64,000 nt of DNA. Source: a virus. Taxonomy: Duplodnaviria > Caudoviricetes. Of the stretch, positions 21,360 to 33,300 are shown piece after piece. Below the pieces are notes generated by a model. The model did not search any database and was not told the DNA's origin. It was given only the letters and a program-made list of their open reading frames with translations. Within the stretch, counting starts at the first letter, position 1, and every line of letters starts with the position of its first letter. The DNA is taken from IMG/VR virus record IMGVR_UViG_3300032227_001172, positions 64,001 through 128,000 of that record; one strand, given 5' to 3'. Both the position numbers and the translations under genes were made by a program.

Positions 21360-24300
21360 TTAGATATCTATCGTACCGCCACCAAAATTAGGAGGTTCAA
21401 CACCTTCTAAATTATTAGCAACCCAATCCTTCATTGATGCATCAATATTCGCCATAATTACGCCTTGAATAGCTGGTTGTAGTGCTGCAAATAGCTGTGC
21501 TCCTGTAATATCTACTGTTATTCTAGCTGGTTGCATTGCCAAATTAATTTGTTGTGGTATATTAATACGCTGTAATTCTTTGATCAAATTACCAAATTGC
21601 AAGACAAAACCAGCTACTCCATTATTTACACCATTGGCATTATTACCTCCAGCTGCTGCAGGACCCATTGCTGGTTGCTGAAAGCCTTGTAATATAGTAC
21701 CAAATTGTACCAATGTTTGATTAACACCAGTAAGTAAAGTGCCAAATATTGTAAGTTGTTGATTAATATTGCCAAATGATTCAGGATTAAATGCTGCTTG
21801 GGATGCTTGGTTTACCCTATTGGCTAATACCATTTGTGCTTGTGGTTGCATTACAACAGGTCTTGGTGTCAGCATTTGCTGTTGTTGAGCTTGTTGAGCT
21901 TGTTGAGCTCGTTGAACTTCATCGATACGTCTTTCTCTGGGATTTCTATGTTGACCTCTCCTGACGAAAATACCATCGCTTGCATATACTATTCCTCCAT
22001 TTTGATAATAACCATCATTTATAGCGCGTAACACAGGAAGATGTCGTTGTGTAGCTTGACGATTAACAACAAATTCGCCGGGAGTTAGCATTGCGGGTAC
22101 TGTGTCGGTACCACGAGGCTGATAGTTTACTAATGTTCCTGTTGATGCATATATAGCTCCACCATGGCTTCTATAGTTTAACTTTGGTGGAGATGGAGGA
22201 AGTGGCGGTGGAGTCATTTTTACGCCTTCTCCACCCTTAGTTTCCATAAATCTTACTAAACTTTTAGATAGTTCTCTGGTTTGTTCATCTGTACCAGGGA
22301 AATCCTGGAAATTAGACGTAAGAAATTCTTGGCTCCCAGAATTTTCTGCAATATCTAAGTAGTTCTGAGAAGTAAAACCCCTATCCTTGCTAAGTCTTGT
22401 TATAGCATCCAAAACTCGATCATGAGCCGTTAAAGTTTTTGGACCCCTTACTCCAACCTCTGCCATGATATCAGGTTGTATAAGAGACGCATCTTCCCTT
22501 CCAAATGCTAGTCCTGCGTTTCCATAACTACCACCAGATCGACCACGAGTATAATTATCAGCCTCAGATCTTAATGTCGAATTGATCCTATCTTTATCGA
22601 TCACTACACCCATATTAATTAATGCATCATCTACTAGAGACATAAAACCATCTTCTCCCAACTCTGTTCTCATCTGTTCTATAGATCTCTTTTTATAATA
22701 GTCTGCGGTTCCTTCTAATATATCATTAACTCCATATCCCATATGGTTTCTTGGAGTTGCCATTTCATGATATTGAGAAGTTGTTCTTTTGAGGACTGAA
22801 TCGGCTACTTGATCTCTGTTGTTCTCCATCCAAACTTTTAATAGTTTTCCAGTAGGATCCTTCATTGTCTGATAATGATGAGCAGCCTCATGAGCCACTG
22901 TGCCAATCATCTGTTCTGGGGTAATCTTAGGAGATATTCTACTCAAACCTCCCTGATAATCGCCGAGAGCTCCAGGAACAGGTTCTGTAAATCTTGTTGT
23001 TAATGAATCAAATGTTTTAGGATCTGCTCCAGAATAATGAATACTTTCAGCCAAGTTGTCTCTGGCTTTATATACTAACTGATCAACACTTATTGGACCG
23101 TCAACATAGCGACCTCCAAATCCTTTCATTCCTACAAACGGAGTAATCGCTTCTGATATGGGTCTATTTAATGCTTTTTCAGCATATCTTATCTGTTTTG
23201 GTGTTAATCCTCCGGGACCAACCATTGAATCTCCAACCCTTGTTGGTGTGGGTATAGAAGGCAAAGCTAACGATAGTAACCCTCCTGTTGCAACATCTCC
23301 TGCTGTTGATCCTGCCATTGCTGATACGGGATTTTCATCCATTAGTTGATTAGCTATAGCGTTAGGCTTTGGAGCTCCCGTATTTAATGCTGTTTCTTGC
23401 ACCAACGATCCTACTCCAGCTCCAGTAATACCTCCAATCAAGCCTCCCGCAATAATTCCAGGAGGTCCTAATGGAGCAAGGGCAGCTGCCGCTATTATAG
23501 CACCAGAAGTAGCCCCCATTTGAGGAACAAAAGACTTAGCAGCTCCGGCAGCAAAAGCTGCTCTGCTACGCATGGCCGCATATTCTGGATGATTAAAAGA
23601 TGTTTCTGGTAAAAGTTTAAATTCATTTGCTGAAATTTCTCTGCCATTTTGATCCAAATAGGTTTTAGATCCACCACTCTGTGATATGTGCGGAATACCC
23701 ATTCGCTTTAAACTTCTAGAATACTCACTATCTCTTATAACAGAATTTTTATCGTGAACTCCTTCTTTAAAAGATCCTGATTGAACAGTTGGTGTTGGTA
23801 GTTTTGGTCTTGATGGATCAAATCCATCTTGAGCATAAACCACACCGCCCTTACTCAATACAATAGCTGCTCTAGCATAAAACTGATTATATAAACTATC
23901 TACATATTCTTGAGATAATAAACTTTTATTTTTTAAAGATTCTATAGTATCATAATAATGTTGTATTCCTGTTTGTATATCTAGGACACGCTCATTCTCA
24001 GGAACTGTTTTAACTCCACCTATAAATTCTGACCAGTTCGTTGGTGGTTTTACTTTTTTATTATCAATTAATGGTTTAAGTGTGCTACGCATAGCACCAA
24101 ACCTAACATCCATTTCTCTAGCTTTATAAAAATAATCAATCTCGTCTTCTGTTAAAGATCCGTCTTTTTGTAATGCATTATATAAAGGCTGCAGATATTG
24201 ATTTGTACTAATTGATGTTCTGTTATCTTTTGTTACAGCAGGGCTTGTGGTGTGTCTCTGTAAGTAATGTCTAAGTTCATGAGCTACTATAGCCCACCAT

Positions 24301-27300
24301 TCTTTATATTCTTGAGGATCCAATCTATTATTTTGGTTACCAACTCTGTTATCTTGATCAAAGGTTTGCCAAGGGGCGACAAAAACATTTTGTGGTCCAT
24401 TATCTTTTCCTATATTTTCTCCAAGTAAGCCTCCGCCAATAAGTTTGACATTAACAGGAACTTTTTTATCTAAAAGTTTATTTATAGGTGTTTTTTGACC
24501 ACCTAGTGATTGTAAGGCAGGAAATACTGATTCTGATTGCGGACCATTACCCATTTCTCTATTAGCCTGAATATTATCAGTATCCATATTTTGTCCAGAA
24601 CGCTCCATCGCATCTCTCAGCCTTGTTATTGTTCTATTGCCGATTTCCATTCCTTCTGTTGATATGTTTTGTTGTATTCTTTGTGCTTGTTGTGTTTGTT
24701 TTGTCGATCTTGACGCTGATTCGACTTGAACTCCATTTTGAGCATAAACTACACCGCCATTATTATAATAACCATCATTAATAGCATGGAGTAATGGTAA
24801 ATGTTTTTGTGTAGCCGCCCTATTAATTACAAATTCTCCTGGTGTTAACATGGCGGGAACAGTGTCTGTGCCTTTTGGTTGGTAATTAACCAGTGTGCCA
24901 TCGGCAGCATAAACCATACCCCCACGATACATTCCCATCGGTTGTCCAGGTTGTGGACCTTGGGGAGGTGCTGGTATTGGTTGTCCGGGCAATTGTGGTA
25001 TTACGCCACCTATTTGAGCAGCTATAGCTTGAATAGCATTATTCATCACAACACCAAAATCATCTAATACGTTCAAAATCTTGTCTGACGCTATAGCTTG
25101 AGCTTCACAGCATTGTTTTAGCATAGCAATAGTATAATCTAGTTTTTCTTGACTAGTAATATTATTTTGAGGAACTGCCTGAGTATTAGTTTGAATATTA
25201 TCTTTATTAATATATCCTAGTTTAGTACTTTCTTTAGCGTTCATCAAAACTTCATCGATACGTTTATCTGGAGCTGGTTCTATTTGTACTCCATCAACAT
25301 ATTTAGTTGGATCAGTAGTCATACTTGCGCCTCCGACACCACCATCCGCTAGATACTCTATTTTACCACCCCTGCTGCGATTGATACTTTGTAATAATGG
25401 TAAATGTTTTTGTGTTGCTGCTCTATTAACAACAAACTCTCCTGGCGTTAACATTGCTGGCACAGTATCTGTTCCTTGTGGCTGATATGGAACCAACATA
25501 CCAGTACTAGCATATATAATTCCGCCCCTACTCTTTGTTGCTACTTTATTAGATACTCTAATAGCTTCATTTTGTGTTTGTTGGGCAGGATATAAAAAGC
25601 CAGCTACATTTCCACCTCCCAGAGCATTCAGTCTTGCGATATTAAAGTCATTATTAGCTCGTGGATCAATAAGTCCTTGTTTTGCTGCTCTAGTATATAA
25701 ATTAGCTTGTGCCATTTTTTTCTGGCCAGGATTCAGCTTATCAAATCTTGATACTAATTTTTCGAATACTCCAATTTGTTTGGATGATCTAACGAAGGTG
25801 CTTTCAAACTGTTTGGTAATTTCTTTACGTTCTGCTGGAGAGGCCGAACTAATAATCTGTTGTAGTCTAGGATCATTCTCAACATTTTTGGATAAATTAT
25901 TTTGTTGTACTCTTAATGCTGCTACCACTTGAGAAGCTTTTGGACTTAGTGGCGCATTTTGAAGCATAGAGCTATATATTGATACTAATTCTTGTGAATT
26001 AAAAGGATTATATACGGCATCTATCATGTCTGGTGGTATACCAAGAGTTCCTAGAGCTTCTGGAGTTCTAGCACCGAATGGGAAATCTTTTTGTAGTTTT
26101 TTCTGTAGATTTTTTCTCCATGTTAAAAATACGCCAGGATTAGAAAATTTATCTGGAATAGGCATATTCATATACTTAGCAGTAGCACGTATCTGATCTC
26201 CTTGCTGTTTAGCTAATTTATCATTAGCTTTCTTTTCTTCTCTTTGCTGTGCTTTAGCTTGTACTAGTTGTCCAGATTTATATTGATCCCAAAGTTTTTG
26301 ACGACCCTCGGTATCTAGTTGATCATATTTTTTATCTTTATATTCTTGATTTATATTTTGATTGACTGTATTTAATTGACCATATAATGTATCTAGTCTA
26401 GCATTTTTTTCTTTTTCCCATTTGAGTTCATCACCAGCAAATGAATTATTTGGATCATATCTAGAAGCTTTTTCTTCTTGGATTTGCCTATATAATTCTT
26501 CACGGTCTGTGACAGACTTTTGGAATTCTGGACTAAACGCATTTGGTGGTAAACGCTTTATCCATGGAATAACACGGTTAGTGCTTTCGCTGGTTTCACG
26601 ATAAGACCCAAACTTTTGTTGTAAAAGTCTTTGTTCTGGAGTTAATGGCTTATCTAAACCAAAACCATCTAAAGACATTCTATTAGGATCAGTTGCATAA
26701 ATAGCATCGTCAATTCTACCTCTTTCTGCATCTATATTAGCTTGTCTTTGCATCTTAGCGTTTTGAGCAGCCTCAGCTTTCTCAAGATCTTCATTTGTGG
26801 CCCATTCCCTTAAACCAACAGCTTTTTTACGTTCAGTAAGTTTTGTTCTTTCACTCCATTGTTTATCAAAAAGAGCATCTGCATCTGCTTGTTCTCTAGC
26901 TTGTTGGTCAGCTTTTTGCACGGCGGCATCTTTATCCTCTGCTGCCATCTGACTTCTAGCCTCACTAGTTCGTCTTTGATAAGATGCTTCTTTTTGAATT
27001 TCTTCATTCAAAGTAGCATCATCAAATGTAGAACTGTTGAAGAATGATCCGGTTCTAACGAATAACTGTTCTTCATTTCTTGTGGCGCTAGCTCTTTTTT
27101 GATCTTGGTAAGCTTGAGCTTTACGAGCTTCTAAATCTGCAACTAGTCTATCTCCTGCTTGAGTACGAGGTTTTGCTTTTAAATCCTCAATTTTATTCTG
27201 CAATTTAGCTTGTTGTTCAATAAATAAAATCTCAGCAACAGATCGTCCTTCATAAGTTTCTCTTCCTCCGGCTCTTCTGGCAACTTCGGCTTCTCTGCTA

Positions 27301-30300
27301 TCTTCTAGATTAGATCTACCAGCATTTTCCATTCTGCGAGTAGTTTCTCTGCTAGTAGATAAGTTTTGTCTATCATTATAAAGACCAGTAGTTTCTCTTC
27401 CTACTGAACCTACAATTTGTGCACCTCCAGCGATCGAAGCCCCGATTAAAGCTCCAGGAGGACCAAAAACTCGTCCAGCTATTGCTCCTTCGCCTATGGC
27501 AAAACCGAACTCTGTTAAATTACCAGCAGCAAGGTCTGTATAGCCACCCCGCTCAACACCTAAAGCACCACCAATCATACTCCTTTCTGCTCCAACATCT
27601 CCTCCACCACTAACACTTCCAGTTAAAGCTCCTGTAATACCTCCTCCTTCATAAGCAACATACGCTCTTTGTGCTAATGTTAATATTGGACCTAGTACAC
27701 TAAAAGTCTTTCCTAAAAATTCTCTAGTAGCAGGACTAGTGGCGAGTTTAAATAAATCTAACTTTAATAAATTTGGTATATTCATTCCTTTAAGTTTTGG
27801 AATTTTTTCACCGATATAACTTAACAAATTTGAAAGACTTTGAAAATATTTCTCAGCAATAAAACCTTTAGCTGCATTTCCACCGGTTTGTACCGCAGAC
27901 CCACCCTTTTTACCGGCATTAAATAATACCTGAGTTTGAGCATCTATATCTGCTAATAAAGCCGTCGGATCAAGACCACCAGCAGCATAAACCACACCGC
28001 CACGACTAAATGTTTTACTATTTCCAGCACTACCATTAATAGCACTTAATAATCCTAAATTATTTTTAGTAGCTTGAGCATTAACTACAAATTCTCCAGG
28101 ACTTAACATAGCAGGGATAGTATCAGTACCTCGTGGCTGGTAATTTACATATGTTCCATCACTAGCATATACGATACCTCCACCAGATAATCTTTGAGTA
28201 TTAGTAGCTTGACCCGGAGTTCCTACTCCAAAACCAGCACCACGTAATTGTTCGGTGTCAAATTTTACTCTAACTTCACTTAATGCTTTTATAAATGTTT
28301 GATTAGCACTATCTAATATGTCTTTTTGTTTAGCTAATATTCCTTCATTTAGTGCTTGTGTGCTTGTAGCAAGTTCTGCTTGTTGTGCTTTTAACATTCC
28401 TTGTAAAGCTTGGATTTCTGGACTTTGTTCTGGAGGCTGTCTTAGTAACTCAATCATTTTTTGGAACATAGGATTATTCTGAAGTCCCATTCCTTGAGCT
28501 TTAGCAAAATTCTCTAATAAATCAGCTCTCATATTATTAATTTGTGGTCCCTCTAGACCACTCATTTGAGATAACTGATTAAACAACCCTAAAGCGCTCT
28601 TAGTTTGTCCAGCAAAAGCCTGTTGAGCAGCGGCGTATGCTTCTTGTTGTGTTGATCCATTTTGTAGCGCCTGAAAATAAGCTTGTTGAGCAGCTTGAGA
28701 CTGATTGATGGTTGTAATTTGACCATTCAATGTATTATTAAGTAAATTAAATGTGGAATTTAATTCTCCTAATTCTTGCGGGGTGCTTCCTACTAGTTGT
28801 TCGGCAAATGATCCTGCTGCTTGTTGGCGACCACTTAATTCTTGTTGTATTCTACCAATTTCGCCGATAATATCATTAATATTTCCTTCGATAGCTCCGG
28901 GTAAACTTTCTAATCCTTGTTCTGTTGCTTTTAGGGCGCTCTCAGTTTCTGCTAATTTTTTAGTCAGCGCTGTGAATCTAGCGTCTGCTTTAGGAATAGT
29001 AGAATCAAAAGTATTAGCAGTATTTTGTAAAGCTGATCTGATAGCATTTACTTCTTTTTGTAATGTATCTTTACGAGAAGCTAAATCTGTAGCATTTAAT
29101 TGTTCGGGAGCTACGCCAGCTCTAGTAGCGGCGACATTTCTTCTAGATTGAAGTCTTTCTCCTATGCCGACTCTTTGACCCAAAGCTTCTTTTAATGCTA
29201 TATTAGATTGTGTTAGGGTGTTTTGATAATTTGCTTGATTTTCTCTTAGATTTTGTTGTAGTTTACCATATTCATTAGCAGCATTGGCCGCAAAATTCAT
29301 AGCCTCTTGTACAAGCTTTAAACTATTCTGTAAAGCTTCAAAAGCTTGCTTGCTTGCTTGTAATTGATTGCTTAAGCCAGATTCTTCCAATAGTTTTTGA
29401 ATATCTATTTCCTCGCCACGTTTTAAAGATTCTTCAATTTTATCTTTAAATTCATTTCTCAATCTATCCCCAAGATCATTTCTGCCAAATACAGCATCTA
29501 TTTTTTGTGTTAATTGATTTATAATATTTGTTGCTACTACGGCCTGATTAGCTCCTGTTTGTTGTGCTCTAGCGGCTCCACCAGCCACGATATCTTCTGC
29601 GTCTAAACTGAATCTAGCTAATTGTTCAATAAATCCTCGATCTCTACCAGCAAATTGAGATGCTTGACCGATAGCAGTATTTTGTTGTTCTCTACCAAAT
29701 GCTCTTGGATTTTGTAAAACATTTAAAGCATCAAGATTCGCAGTAAATCCAGTTGCTCCAGATACTATTTTTTGCAAATCATCACTGGCCTGTTTTAAAC
29801 TTGCTGATGACGCATTGATGGCCTGATTAAGATTATCAAAAGTTCTTGTCATACTAGCAGATACTACATTTATTTTTTGCGTAAGCTTTTGTGCAGCTTT
29901 AGCTCTAGCAGAATCGGCAAATTCAGCATTAGCTAATGTTCTGGCTTGATCAACATATTTTCGTTTAACTCCTTGAATAGCTCTTTCCTTTAGTTGCTCT
30001 GCCATATTAGATTTTTGTATGGTAGTTACTTCTGCTTGGTATTCAGGATTAGCTTCTGCGATAGCCGTATATAAATCCGATAAAGCAACTCCTTGTTGTT
30101 GTAAAATATTAGTTACTTGATCGTAACTTTTACCCGCAGCAATCATACTACTAATTAAAGCTTGAGCCTCTTGCGCTGCTGCTTGTTGCTCCGCTGTTCT
30201 TGCTCCAGAAATTTCCGCTGATGATCTTTTATCTCCTCCTAAGTAACCAAAAGTAGCTGTGCTCAATGCTCTACTAACCATTCCTGGTTGTTCAGCCTTA

Positions 30301-33300
30301 AGATTGGAAGCCATCCGTTTTTCTTCTAAGGCTTGAATTTTTTGAAAATTAGTAACTAATGTTCCAGCATCTTCGGATCGTCCAGTTTTAACAAATCTTT
30401 CTCTCACTTGGGCAGATTGTTCTACTGCTTTATCTAGTTGTATGGTGGCTAGTTCAGATTCTTTTTGGGCTACAGCGGATGCGAATCCATCCACAGCAGC
30501 AACAGCGCCGACTAATGCTCCCGCAATAGCCCCAATGCCACCAAACTGAGCACCTATAGATGTGTATGTTGAAAAAGCAGTGGCTCCTCCAGCAATACCA
30601 GCACCCGTAGTTCCTCCGATACTGTCTCCAATTTGTTGTGCCAGCATTGGACCAGTGAAAGCTAAAGCCGTACCTAAATTAGATAAATTTAAACCTCCTG
30701 TTCTTCCGCCTCCACCAGCCATGTCTCCGTCATCCTGTGCTTGAGCAGAATTATTCTGTGCTGTAGTTAGTTGTTGTGTAGATGTATTAAGTTGCTGTTG
30801 TGATTGAGCGGTTTGCTTTACCTTTTGTATCAGTCCACCCCAAGCCTGTGACACTCTTTGTTCCGCAGCTGCTCTTGCATCTGCAACAGAAACACTATTG
30901 TTAGTAGCTCGAATTTGTCTTGTTAATGCATTAACTTGCTGCCTTTGCTGTTGATACACGAGTTCTGCGGCTCTCTGGTCTCCTGTCTCTGCTGCTTGTT
31001 TAGCACCAAACAACACTTGAGATTCAGGCAAAACCCTACCAGATGCTTCAGCATATGCATCATCAAAAGACATAGTAGGATTAGCTTTTGCTATTTGGCT
31101 TACCACTTTTGCCATCATGTTTTCAACTGCTTGTTCTAATGCTTTAGCTGCGTCTTCTCCAACTCTAGATGCAGTAGACGAGAATTCAAAAACATCTCCA
31201 CCATTATTAAATTTCTGTACTCCAACTCTTCCTCCTCTATTGAAACCAAGAGCTTTTGTTGCCTTGGCACGTAGGATAAAACTGCCTTCTGGCAAGCTGG
31301 TGCGAATACTATCGCTCGTACCGCTACCTGGACCTTTAAATACGCTAATACCACCCTTACTAAACCGTCCCATACCATTACGATCAGCCTGATTCATACG
31401 TTTTAAGTTACCATAGCCAATGCTCTTAGCTGTTTTGGGTGGCACATAGGCTTCGCCATTACTAACTAGAGCAGGTACAGATCCTCCGTCAGCAAACTGC
31501 TGAACATCAGCCCATAGGTTATGTCTACCCATCAAGTCTACATATTTAGCTTTATCTACTCTGAATCTAGAACGAGGAGAAAGGATAAATTCATTTTCTT
31601 CACTAGGCTGTTTCATGAAGAATGTTTCCATCTGGCCTGTTCTTGGATTGATATCTTTTTTAGTTACATTAATTTTACGATCTTTAAATTGTTCAGCGAC
31701 ATCTACTCCTTGACCATTTTTCTTAGTCCTAACAGTAAGCATAGCTGCCCAATTATCTTCAGATCTTGGGGCGTTATCTAAAAAAGATTTAGCAACTGCA
31801 TAATTTTTACTCGTAGAAACAAAACCTGGAAGACTAAAGGCTTTACCAACAATTTTAGCTACTTCTTGAGCATAGTAGGTTTGTCTATTATTATATTTTG
31901 TATCTTTTGGAATATCTGGACTTTTATTTAAACCAGTATCCATAGCAAATTTATCAAAGGCATTACGAGATAATGAACTATATAGTTCCTCTGGTGCTGG
32001 TGTTCGTAGCTGTCGTAAATTCTTCACGTCCGAAGCTAACCCTCTTCTCTCATTCTTACTTAATGATTTACTATTAGATAGACCGAGATTAATTGGAGCA
32101 GCGTCTGTGAAATATTTTTCTAGTGTATCTTTTGGTTGTGATGATCCTCCAGCTGCAAACTTTACTCTACCACCGTTATTAAATTTATTAGGATTTTCAG
32201 TAAAATATCTCTCGAACTCAGTTCTTGCTTTTTCAAAAGAACTACCATCTAGTGTTCTTTTAACTTCTGTTTCTATATTAGGTGGAAGATGAAATAAAGA
32301 AGATGCGTTTCCGAGTCCATCAGGAAAATCTATGGCCCTATTACTTTCCAAAGTATCAATATTTAATCGATATCCTAATTTTTGAGCTAATGCCTGCTCT
32401 AATAAGGCCCCCTCAATATTGCCTTCTCCAGTTTTAGTATACATTTTTGTATCGTCAAAAGATTCTGGTTCTTTATATCGATATGTATCAATTCCTCTTT
32501 TTTTTGCTACTTTAATATTGTCTTCATTATCATCAATAAATCTTTCAAAAGCTGCTAAATTATCTGCTTTTGCTTTAGCAATATTAGTTCCTAATCCTTG
32601 ACTAACCCCGGTAACATCTGAAGTTTGATATGGTAGTCCGAATCTATTTAATGTTGTAGCAACTAGATCAGCTGTGCTCTGTGGTCTGGCTGTTAATACT
32701 CTAGTAAATCTTCTAACGATTCCAGGATTTTTTTTCTCGACCTCGGCTAATCTTTGTGCAAGTCTTGTCGGTTTGGCTTGAGCTAAGCTATCCGCTACTT
32801 TATCTCTTATAGAATAACTAGGAAGATCCTCTGCTCCGGTCTTATCAACCATTTTTGTACCAAATGCTAATGTTTCATCAAAATCTATAGCTAATGGTCT
32901 AAAAGGTCCAACTATTTGTTTGTCTGTCTGACCAAGTGGCCCCAAAGCTTCAGTAGCAGTAGTATCTTTAGCAAAATCTAAACTGGTTTGCCTTTGTTTT
33001 TCTCTTAGCCTTTGAACGTCTGATAAATATTCTTGACCAAACCCACGAATCATAGCAACATATTTTTGACCATCAAGTGGGCTATCTGGTCCAGTACTTA
33101 GTGTCCATTCCTTATCTTTTGCATAGCCTATTGGCTGTAATCCTGCTATAGCAACTTTCCTTATGCCTCTTATGCGATCTTCTTCATTTTTTGCTGCTGC
33201 TTTAGCTTTATTAAGAATACCAGCAACAACCAATGAATCAAGTTTACCAGAAATAATACTGTCTTTTCTAATTTTTCTTTGTAAATTTCCTGGAATACTA

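Noticed and set aside
21882-21910. 9-bp tandem repeat (tgttgagct x3)
   Set aside because: Simply encodes AQQAQQAQQ in a low-complexity linker.
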